Assembly (NCBI GenBank): GCA_027492735.1
Contig: JAPUEE010000005.1
Location: 65,719-129,718 of the forward strand
From: Candidatus Saccharimonadota bacterium
GTDB lineage: Bacteria; Patescibacteriota; Saccharimonadia; Saccharimonadales; Saccharimonadaceae
Direction of reading: 5' to 3'
DNA: 64,000 nt
Shown here: positions 43,354 to 50,595 of the stretch, piece by piece
Layout: each line of letters opens with the position of its first letter
Position numbering within the stretch: position 1 is the stretch's first letter
Position numbers and translations under genes: made by a program
The notes under the pieces: model-generated
Told to the model about the DNA's origin: nothing
What the model saw: only the letters and a program-made list of their open reading frames with translations
Database searches by the model: none

Positions 43354-45534
43354 ATGAGAAAGTTGGTAGGACTGGCCTGTGCGCTGGTCCTCACGGTGCT
43401 CGGGGTCATCGCCCCGGCATCAACCGCGTCCGCCCATCAGGGCAACATCAAGGTCTCGGACACGCAGTGCGTGGACGGGAACTCGATGAAGGCCACCTAC
43501 ACCGTAGGTTGGTCCAACGGCACCGGTAGCGGCAAGCTCTACACCAAGAGTGGGCTGTACAGCGGTGGCACGTCAACGTCCGGGTGGGACTTCGAGAAGA
43601 ACGTCTCCGGCGCGTCCGGCAGCGCGTCCTTCACGAAGACCCACACCTTCTCGGGCTCCAACGGCCCGTGGGTGGCGTTCAAGATCATCTTCGACGACAA
43701 CTACGTGGTCGGCGGAGATACCCGCGTCGAGGGCTGGGATTGGGACAAGTGCAAGCCTGCACAGCCTGATCCCAAGACCGTCACCGATCACGAGGAGAGC
43801 TGCAAGATGGCCATGCCGTCGGGCAAGCTCGGTGGCGAACGTGACCGCACCGGTACTCAGGCCTACGTCTGGAACGGATCCAGCTGGGTGCTCGGCGACA
43901 CCATCAAGTGGGGCGACTGGAAGTACACGCCCTACACCGACAGTCAGTACTTCAGCAAGTGTGCCGGGGACAATCCCGGCCCGAAGTACAGCGAGTGGTC
44001 ATCGTGGTCCAACGAGCAGCCGACCTGCGAGAGCACGATGGTGACGCAGACCCGGACGCGCACGAAGACCACTTACACCTGGGTCTGGAACGGCATGAAG
44101 GATCGTGGTGACTGGGTCGTCGATGAGGTGACCGAGGACAAGGAGACCCGCAAGGTCGAGATGTCCGACAAGGACTTCGCGGCCAACTGCAAGCCCGACC
44201 AGCCGGCGCCCAAGGCGCACACCGATTTCCAGAAGGGTTGCACCCTGAACGACGTCGGCGGCACCGCCACTAGGAACGGCACCGAGGCCTACAAGTGGGA
44301 CCTCGAGGATCGCAAGTGGGTCCTCAGTGGCAAGATCGACTGGCAGGACTGGGTCTTCACGGCCTACACCGACCAGGAGTTCCAGGCCAACTGCGCAGGT
44401 TCTCCCGAGCCCGACAAGGTCGTGGTGGACAAGGGCGAGTGGGTCGGGCAACCGACCTGTGATGCTCCCTCGATCTACCAGACTCGCGAGGTGGTCACGA
44501 CGACCACCAAGCAGGTCTGGAACCTCGATCTCCGCAAGTGGGAGTGGGGGACGCCGACCTCGGTAACCACCACGGAGACCGCCAAGAAGCCGACCGAGCT
44601 GACCAAGGATCAGATCAAGGCCTGCCATCCCAAGGATGCGCCGACCTTGGCCTACACCGGTCAGACCTGCACCGTTGGTGATCAGGGAGTCGGCCAACTT
44701 CACGGCGGCAGCCTGACGGTTACCAGCAGCGGCTGGACCGTCAAGGTCACCGACAAGGACGGGAAGGTCGTCAAGGACCTGACCGATCTCGATCCCGGCA
44801 ACTACACCGTCACGGCCAGCCTGGCCGATCCTGACGGTACCTCGGCTGGGAACATCGACGGCTGGACTCCGGGCGAGGACGGCACGATCAGCCAGATCGT
44901 CAACATCGCCACGGCGGACGACTGCACCATTCTCGAGCCGAAGCCCCGCGTGGAGCCCAAGGTCGAGGAGAAGCTCGAGTGCGACGGGGCCTACCGCCGC
45001 ACCTGGGATCTGGTCAGCTATCCCGTCTGGAAGGACGGGGAGTGGACCTTTGACGGGGTCGAGCCCAAGGTCGAGAACGAGACCGAGTGGAAGAAGTTCC
45101 GCGAGCTGTCGAACGACGAGTGGTTGGCCGCTGGCTGCCGCTCTGACCAGCCGCCGGCTCAGGTTCGTGTGATCCACGACCAGGGTTACAACTGTGATGG
45201 ACTCTGGGGTCGTACCCAGACCGGTACCACCGAGTACGTGTGGGTATGGTCCGGCATGGCCGACCGTGGCAGCTGGGTCCTCGGCGACGAGGTGCTCGGC
45301 GACTGGAGCGAGTGGACGTTCGTCCGCGAACTGACCAAGGCGGAGAAGGCGGAGTTGGGCTGCAACAGCACCCCGAATTCGCCGAATCAGCCGAAGGTGC
45401 CCCCAGTAGACGAGGACAACAGCGATGGCGTTCGCGCCGCCGCTGACCCTGCGCCGCTCATTGGCCTGGGTGTTCTCGCCGCGCTCGGCATCGCCGGTGC
45501 AGTCATTGCCATCCGGCGCCGCCGTCAGGCATGA
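43354..45534 (+). CDS. Secreted Cys/Trp-rich repeat surface protein with C-terminal TM helix + RRRR anchor (no LPXTG)
   Basis: ATG at 43354 after GAAAGGGGA. Signal peptide MRKLVGLACALVLTVLGVIAPASTASA. Six modules of about 55-70 aa are bracketed by Cys and rich in Trp/Tyr. C-terminus is DPAPLIGLGVLAALGIAGAVIAIRRRRQA. Confidence 0.8.
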   Translation: MRKLVGLACALVLTVLGVIAPASTASAHQGNIKVSDTQCVDGNSMKATYTVGWSNGTGSGKLYTKSGLYSGGTSTSGWDFEKNVSGASGSASFTKTHTFSGSNGPWVAFKIIFDDNYVVGGDTRVEGWDWDKCKPAQPDPKTVTDHEESCKMAMPSGKLGGERDRTGTQAYVWNGSSWVLGDTIKWGDWKYTPYTDSQYFSKCAGDNPGPKYSEWSSWSNEQPTCESTMVTQTRTRTKTTYTWVWNGMKDRGDWVVDEVTEDKETRKVEMSDKDFAANCKPDQPAPKAHTDFQKGCTLNDVGGTATRNGTEAYKWDLEDRKWVLSGKIDWQDWVFTAYTDQEFQANCAGSPEPDKVVVDKGEWVGQPTCDAPSIYQTREVVTTTTKQVWNLDLRKWEWGTPTSVTTTETAKKPTELTKDQIKACHPKDAPTLAYTGQTCTVGDQGVGQLHGGSLTVTSSGWTVKVTDKDGKVVKDLTDLDPGNYTVTASLADPDGTSAGNIDGWTPGEDGTISQIVNIATADDCTILEPKPRVEPKVEEKLECDGAYRRTWDLVSYPVWKDGEWTFDGVEPKVENETEWKKFRELSNDEWLAAGCRSDQPPAQVRVIHDQGYNCDGLWGRTQTGTTEYVWVWSGMADRGSWVLGDEVLGDWSEWTFVRELTKAEKAELGCNSTPNSPNQPKVPPVDEDNSDGVRAAADPAPLIGLGVLAALGIAGAVIAIRRRRQA

Positions 45535-45583
45535 TGTGAGAAGATGAACAAGTGCGAACTGCCAGCCAGGTAGCTCGCTCCCT

Positions 45584-45622
45584 GGGGTCTGATCTTGTCG
45601 CTCTCGCGACCGATCAGACCCC
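45584..45622 (+). terminator. Long hairpin plus T-rich tail after the surface protein gene
   Basis: GGGGTCTGATC ... GATCAGACCCC with inner GTCGC-tctc-GCGAC, followed by tcttctcatttc. Confidence 0.6.
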
Positions 45623-45679
45623 TCTTCTCATTTCTGGGGACAAAGATGTATAAAAATATTTTACAAAAAACACTAAATG

Positions 45680-45688
45680 TGATATAAT
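45680..45688 (+). promoter_or_regulatory. Extended -10 (TGaTATAAT) in the AT-rich spacer upstream of the sortase-like gene
   Basis: Exact TGnTATAAT, about 90 nt before the ATG at 45779. GAAGGTGG Shine-Dalgarno at 45763-45770. Confidence 0.55.
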
Positions 45689-45778
45689 AGAAAGTGCGCC
45701 TAGCAACAGATGCAAATCTGACTGGGCTTACCTCGAAGTAATCAATCTATCCATAATCCACAGAAGGTGGTGAACGTA

Positions 45779-46477
45779 ATGAAGCGCACAGTACTTGCCA
45801 TGCTTTGCCTGGCGGTGAGCGCCGCGTCGCTGTTCGGTGCCTTCTGGTACTGGAACAACGTCTACGCGGAGATCGAGGTCCCGATGGCCCCAATTCCGTC
45901 GCCAACGGTATCGTCGATCACGGTGCCGGTGAACGACGACGAGAAGCTCCCGCCGGTCGACATGCCGGAGAACCCTCGCGGCAAGCTAGATCACCTCGTT
46001 ATCTACCACGGTGGCAAGGCCATCGTCTCGATGGATTTCGGTCCAGCGACCTACGATTCCCTAGGGTGGGGATCCGAGTGCGGCAAGGTGGCCTATCGCG
46101 ACCGCGACGACTTCCCAAAGCCTGGTTTCGCCAGCAAAAACCGTTCGCTCGTGTCAGGTCACGTCTGGTGTGATAGGGAAACCTATACGCTAAACGATCT
46201 GGACAAGGTTCGGAAAGGTGACCGGGTTGAGGTCTACTACTCGTCCGGAGACGTGGCGGTAGGTCAGGCTGAGGCCGACGCCGCCGCCCTGCCGAAGGAC
46301 GAGCTGAATGCTGAACACAAGGGTCAGGTCAACCCCCGGCTCCGCAACAGCAAGAAGCTACGGACGATGCGAGTCAGTACCTGTGACACTGACTCGCCGG
46401 TGCGGGCGAACGGCCACTTGTCGGCCAACGTCTACGTACTGTACACGTTCAAGGAAATCAGATTTGCCGAACAGTAG
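45779..46477 (+). CDS. Membrane-anchored sortase-like transpeptidase (class E/F-like)
   Basis: 232 aa. N-terminal TM helix. His motif SLVSGHVW, then DKVRKGDRVEVYYSSGDV, Cys motif TMRVSTCDT and NVYVLYTF, in the order and spacing seen in actinobacterial sortases. High GC3. Confidence 0.6.
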   Translation: MKRTVLAMLCLAVSAASLFGAFWYWNNVYAEIEVPMAPIPSPTVSSITVPVNDDEKLPPVDMPENPRGKLDHLVIYHGGKAIVSMDFGPATYDSLGWGSECGKVAYRDRDDFPKPGFASKNRSLVSGHVWCDRETYTLNDLDKVRKGDRVEVYYSSGDVAVGQAEADAAALPKDELNAEHKGQVNPRLRNSKKLRTMRVSTCDTDSPVRANGHLSANVYVLYTFKEIRFAEQ

Positions 46478-46499
46478 GAGGAAATTGATGTTCGAGGTA

Positions 46500-46525
46500 C
46501 CCCGTCCCTGTCACAGGGGGCGGGG
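46500..46525. terminator. Imperfect GC hairpin between the convergent sortase-like gene and ychF
   Basis: CCCCGTCCCTG-tca-CAGGGGGCGGGG (one mismatch/bulge), then tattctcat. Confidence 0.45.
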
Positions 46526-46536
46526 TATTCTCATAG

Positions 46537-47715
46537 TTAGACATTAAATCGGAATTCGACGATGTCATCAGGCTGCATAATGTAGTTTTTGCCTTCGGTG
46601 CGAAGTTTGCCGGCAGCTTTGGCGGCCGCTTCTGAGCCTAGCTCGATCAGATCCGGATATGAAACAATCTGAGCAGCAATAAAGCCTTTTTCAAAGTCAG
46701 TGTGAATGACGCCGGCGGCCTGTGGGGCGGTCGAACCTTGTGTGATGGTCCAGGCGCGAACCTCTTTTGGTCCAGCCGTCAAATAACTCTGGAGACCTAA
46801 CGTATCATAGGCGGCGTGCGCCAGTTTTACGAGGCCGGATTCAGTAACGCCGTAGTCGGCGAGCAGTTCGGTGGCTTCGACGGCGCTCAGCTCGCGGAGT
46901 TGGCTTTCGAGTTCGGCGCAGACAAAGACAACCTGCGGACCGCCTGATGATGATAGCTCTCGCGAACGCTCCGCGCGCCCGTCGTTACGGGGCTTGTCGC
47001 TGGCGCCATTGCCGTCCTGCTGGAGCCTCGCGAGAGCCACATCATCACCGATTATTCTAGCTAATTCCTGTTGCTTTGTCTGGTCAGTCAATCCGTTCTC
47101 GTCGACATTGAACAAATAAATTATTGGTTTAGCAGTTAACAGATCGAGACCGTGTAATTTTTCGCTATCAAAACTAGCTGGTGTATTGCCAGCGAGCAGC
47201 TGACTCTGGAGAGTTGTGAGATAGTCGACAGTGGAGCGCATCTTTGGATCACTCTTGGCTTCTTTCATGACCTTTGGTAGATGATTTTCGATGGTGGCGA
47301 TGTCGGCGAGCATGAGTTCGGTGTTGATGACTTCGATATCGCTCTTCGGATCAGTAATCGTGGCGCCATCGGCTCTCTGGACGGTTGATGACTCAAACGC
47401 TCGAACCACGTGACAAATAGCGTCACATTCACGAATATTGGCGAGGAATTTATTGCCGAGACCTTCGCCACGACTAGCGCCTGCTACAAGACCGGCGACG
47501 TCAACAAATTCCACGGTAGCGGGGATGATCTTGTCGGTTTTATACAGGTCTGCGAGTACGTCGAGGCGCTCATCAGGAACTGGTACGATGCCAGTATTAG
47601 GTTCGATTGTCGCAAATGGGTAGTTAGCAGCTAAAATAGTGCCGCCTGTCAGGGCGTTAAATAGGGTGGACTTACCAACGTTGGGTAACCCGACGAGACC
47701 GATCTTGAGACTCAT
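46537..47715 (-). CDS. ychF: Ribosome-binding ATPase YchF, with about 30-aa internal insertion
   Basis: GLVGLPNVGKSTLFNALT G1 motif. C-terminal TGS-like GKNYIMQPDDIVEFRFNV. 392 aa, against about 363 typical. Confidence 0.9.
   Translation of the reverse strand: MSLKIGLVGLPNVGKSTLFNALTGGTILAANYPFATIEPNTGIVPVPDERLDVLADLYKTDKIIPATVEFVDVAGLVAGASRGEGLGNKFLANIRECDAICHVVRAFESSTVQRADGATITDPKSDIEVINTELMLADIATIENHLPKVMKEAKSDPKMRSTVDYLTTLQSQLLAGNTPASFDSEKLHGLDLLTAKPIIYLFNVDENGLTDQTKQQELARIIGDDVALARLQQDGNGASDKPRNDGRAERSRELSSSGGPQVVFVCAELESQLRELSAVEATELLADYGVTESGLVKLAHAAYDTLGLQSYLTAGPKEVRAWTITQGSTAPQAAGVIHTDFEKGFIAAQIVSYPDLIELGSEAAAKAAGKLRTEGKNYIMQPDDIVEFRFNV
46956..47037 (-). repeat. GC-rich in-frame mini-insertion, copy 2 (in ychF), with 10-bp terminal inverted repeats
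   Basis: GCTCTCGCGA (46956-46965) and TCGCGAGAGC (47028-47037). Encodes LARLQQDGNGASDKPRNDGRAERSRE. Homologous to the argS patch. Confidence 0.6.
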
Positions 47716-47736
47716 GCTTCTATTCTACAAAAAGGC

Positions 47737-47766
47737 TTGCCTTTTGAAAAGCGATTATGGTATAAT
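47737..47766 (+). promoter_or_regulatory. Promoter TTGCCT-15 nt-TGgTATAAT, -10 ends 7 nt before the pilM ATG
   Basis: -35 at 47737-47742 and extended -10 at 47758-47766. It lies back-to-back with the ychF TAGAAT box (47722-47727, minus strand). Confidence 0.55.
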
Positions 47767-47773
47767 TCTGCGC

Positions 47774-48817
47774 ATGGGCATAAAGAAATCAATAGGGGAC
47801 TTTTTTGCACTTGACATCGGTACCACAGCACTACGCGTCGTAGAGTTGTCGCACTCAGGTCAAGGCTGGAACTTGAAACATTACGCGGTAAAACCGATCG
47901 AAGCACGTCTCAGTGAGTCGACCGCCGAAGCCGATAAACACAACCTAGCACAGGCTATTTCTGAAGTTGTCGCAACATCTGGTGTACGTACCAAAAATGT
48001 AGCAATTGGTGTACCTTCGTCAAAGATGTTTGCATCAGTTGTTGAGGTGCCGAATGTTCCGAAAGCAGAATTAAGTGCCACAATTAAATACCAAGCTGAA
48101 AACTATGTTCCAATGAAGCCCGACGAGGCCAAAATTGACTGGGCAGTAATCGGTGAGTCAACGACTGATCGACAAAAAATCGAGGTGCTGGTTGCTAGCG
48201 TGTTAAACTCATTCACTGAGGCTCGTCTCGATATGCTCGAAGAGCTAGGATTCAACGTTGTAGCTATTGAACCGGATGCGCTAGCAGTGACGAGGGCATT
48301 ATTACCTGATGGGGTACAAGACGGTCGTTTAGTAATCGACATGGGCGATTCATCGACCGATCTCGTGTTGACGCTAGGTTCGGTGCCACGCTTGATTCGA
48401 TCGTTACCAATTGGTTTTAGTACTCTCGTAAAGTCAGCTAAACAGAACCTCAATATTGAGGAACAACAAGCTCGTCAATTATTGTTGAAATTTGGTGTAT
48501 CACCAGATAAACTCGAAGGCCAGTTGGCTCGTTCGGTTGACAACAGTCTCGATCAATTACTCGCAGAAGTTCAGAAATCCCTGAAATTCTTTGCTACGAA
48601 ATATCCAGGTGTCGGTGTTGGCGCTATTCTTTCGAGTGGCTACAGCGCATCACTCCCTGGTCTCGTTGATTTAATCAGTCAGAAGTCTGGCGTCGTTAGC
48701 CAAGCTGCAACACCATGGCAGCATGTTAACGTTCCTAGTAATGAACAGGCTAATTTGGCACCGTTATCGTCACAATTTGCAGTGGCGGTTGGACTGGCTG
48801 AGAGGATAGGAGTCTAG
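47774..48817 (+). CDS. pilM: Type IV pilus assembly protein PilM (actin-like ATPase fold)
   Basis: ATG at 47774 (MGIKKSIGDFFALDIGTTALRVVEL). The track ORF upstream extension overlaps ychF. Confidence 0.8.
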   Translation: MGIKKSIGDFFALDIGTTALRVVELSHSGQGWNLKHYAVKPIEARLSESTAEADKHNLAQAISEVVATSGVRTKNVAIGVPSSKMFASVVEVPNVPKAELSATIKYQAENYVPMKPDEAKIDWAVIGESTTDRQKIEVLVASVLNSFTEARLDMLEELGFNVVAIEPDALAVTRALLPDGVQDGRLVIDMGDSSTDLVLTLGSVPRLIRSLPIGFSTLVKSAKQNLNIEEQQARQLLLKFGVSPDKLEGQLARSVDNSLDQLLAEVQKSLKFFATKYPGVGVGAILSSGYSASLPGLVDLISQKSGVVSQAATPWQHVNVPSNEQANLAPLSSQFAVAVGLAERIGV

Positions 48818-48820
48818 TTC

Positions 48821-49585
48821 ATGATTCAGCTCAACTTGCTACCTGATATAAAGAAACAGCTGCTCCACGCACAGATGCAGCGGAATTTAGTTATATCAGT
48901 ATGTATCATTATTACTATTGTGGCAGGTTCTGTTATCTTGTTACTCGGTGGCATCATGGGCGGCCAAGCTCTTCAAAAGAACAACCTCACACAGAGTATC
49001 GAGGACAGCAAGACTGCTATTGCTAAAAAACAGAGTGATAGCCAGCTCGATCAATACCTGACGGTACAGAATCAATTGTCAAAAATTAGTAGCCTCAAAA
49101 GTCAACAACTGAATTATTCGAGAGTATTTGACTATCTGAGACAGTTAAATCCGGCTGCTCCTAACAGCGTATCGCTCGGTTCTGTCAAAATAACAGCTCC
49201 AGGTTCATCGTCGAGCACTGGCACCACAGAGTCCACGGGCGTGACTATAGAGCTACAAGGTGAGACAGCTAATTATTCTAGTCTCAATGTTTTCAAGAGC
49301 ACGTTATCTCTTGCCACGTTCTCATATGCTCCAAAAGAAGGTGCTAATGTCGAGACCAAGCCACTGTTTGTCTCAGTGACGGTTGCATCATCATCGCTCA
49401 CTAATGACAAATTGAGCTTTTCGATTATCGCAGTATTCGATACAGCAGTATTTTCATCAGATAGCGTTGATATCAAATTAGATATCCCTAACGAAACGAC
49501 TTCTGACTCCGATCGCAACTCTCCTAGTAATATCTTTAGTAGCGAACCGGTGAAGCCAAGCTCTACTAGTACGGAGGGGAACTAA
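48821..49585 (+). CDS. pilN: PilN-like pilus assembly protein
   Basis: MIQLNLLPDIKK N-terminus, then a TM helix and a coiled segment. Ser/Thr-rich C-terminus. Confidence 0.65.
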   Translation: MIQLNLLPDIKKQLLHAQMQRNLVISVCIIITIVAGSVILLLGGIMGGQALQKNNLTQSIEDSKTAIAKKQSDSQLDQYLTVQNQLSKISSLKSQQLNYSRVFDYLRQLNPAAPNSVSLGSVKITAPGSSSSTGTTESTGVTIELQGETANYSSLNVFKSTLSLATFSYAPKEGANVETKPLFVSVTVASSSLTNDKLSFSIIAVFDTAVFSSDSVDIKLDIPNETTSDSDRNSPSNIFSSEPVKPSSTSTEGN

Positions 49586-49588
49586 ATA

Positions 49589-50347
49589 ATGGAAAACAAG
49601 ACACTAACTGGTGTTAGAAAACGCCAAAAGATTGATCAGACGAACAAGCAGATGATGCTGTGGGTGGCAGGCGCTGCTGCTGCGGTGACAATTTGCGCTA
49701 TGCTTGCTATTAATTTGATTGGCCAGATCAAATACCAGGCAAAGATCATCTCAAAAAAGAGTGAAACGAGCGAGACGCTAAAAACTAGCCTCGATGCAGT
49801 TACTGCGTTAACAAAGAACATTAATACCTTGCAGACAGATCAGAATTTACTCGCACTGCGCGCCGATACTGACGATACAGCCTTTAATGTAGTCATAGAT
49901 GCTCTCCCAACCGAGGACGATGCGACGGCACTAGGTTCATCTATTCAGGAAAAGGTATTGGCGGGCTCTGGAGTTTCTCTAGAAAGTTTTGAATACGCTA
50001 CAATCAACGGTGCTACAGCTACAGGCAATACTGCTACCACTGATACTACGAAGTCAACCTCTAGTATTCGTCCTGAGGCGCAGGCTATTACGTTTAGATT
50101 CAAGATAACTGGCTCGTATGATTCAATCAAAGCTGCGTTGATTAATATCGAAAAGACTATCCGTCCAATTATTATCCAAAATCTCGATATTGACGGTACG
50201 GTCGATGAACTTACCGCCACTGTTTCGGCTACGACGTATTATGTTCCACGAGTACATTATGCTGTTGGTGAAGAGTCTGTCTTGCCTGATGGCGTCAAGG
50301 CTACTACCGAGAATGCCAGTTCCGCTAGTGAAGGGAGCAAGAAATGA
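49589..50347 (+). CDS. pilO: PilO-like pilus assembly protein
   Basis: N-terminal TM helix plus coiled coil. Position between pilN and pilB. The call rests on position and topology. Confidence 0.5.
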   Translation: MENKTLTGVRKRQKIDQTNKQMMLWVAGAAAAVTICAMLAINLIGQIKYQAKIISKKSETSETLKTSLDAVTALTKNINTLQTDQNLLALRADTDDTAFNVVIDALPTEDDATALGSSIQEKVLAGSGVSLESFEYATINGATATGNTATTDTTKSTSSIRPEAQAITFRFKITGSYDSIKAALINIEKTIRPIIIQNLDIDGTVDELTATVSATTYYVPRVHYAVGEESVLPDGVKATTENASSASEGSKK

Positions 50348-50595
50348 AAAAAACCGACTGGGCTATGGTTATCTTGATTGTTGCTATTGTAGGCGTAGCG
50401 AGCTATTTTATCGTTGGGGCCATCCTGCCGTCGCCAGGAGATAATCCAGAAACAGTAGAGACGGCAGAAGCTATTTCAAGCGAGTACGAGAAACCGGATC
50501 CAAAGACATTTAGTTCTGATGCTATTAACCCAACGGTCAAAGTTACCATCGGTAATCAGGGCGGCGAAGAACCATTTACGCTCGGGAGTAACTAA
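50344..50595 (+). CDS. Small membrane-anchored protein in the pilus operon
   Basis: 83 aa with one TM helix. ATGA overlaps on both sides. Confidence 0.5.
   Translation: MKKTDWAMVILIVAIVGVASYFIVGAILPSPGDNPETVETAEAISSEYEKPDPKTFSSDAINPTVKVTIGNQGGEEPFTLGSN

Larger units (their letters stand above)
43125..46530. other. High-G+C island 2 (putative horizontally acquired segment)
   Basis: 43/60 G+C in the line starting 43381, against 26/60 in the tlyA line starting 42361. Third codon positions are nearly all G/C. Long stop-free antisense frames. An internal AT-rich promoter patch spans 45623-45766. Confidence 0.75.

Noticed and set aside
43999-45177. 392-aa ORF antisense to the island-2 surface protein gene. 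The same applies to the alternative-frame ORFs 43284..43529, 43550..44044 and 44327..44566.
   Set aside because: Long stop-free frames are expected on both strands at about 65-70% G+C. The products are Gly/Arg/Pro/Leu-rich low complexity with no SD or start context. The sense frame has SD, signal peptide, repeats, high GC3 and a C-terminal anchor.
14250-46530. Explanation of the two high-GC islands as assembly chimeras or host-DNA contamination.
   Set aside because: This is not adopted as the primary reading. Both islands sit precisely in intergenic gaps with intact native genes on both sides. They contain recipient-style AT-rich promoters and appear twice independently. It still cannot be excluded without read-level evidence, so it is listed as the key refutation test.
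47639-47773. N-terminal 45-codon extension of pilM in the ORF track, overlapping the ychF 5' end on the other strand.
   Set aside because: The extension is the reverse reading of the ychF G1 motif region. A consensus promoter (47,737-47,766) sits inside it, and the ATG at 47,774 gives the canonical PilM N-terminus.
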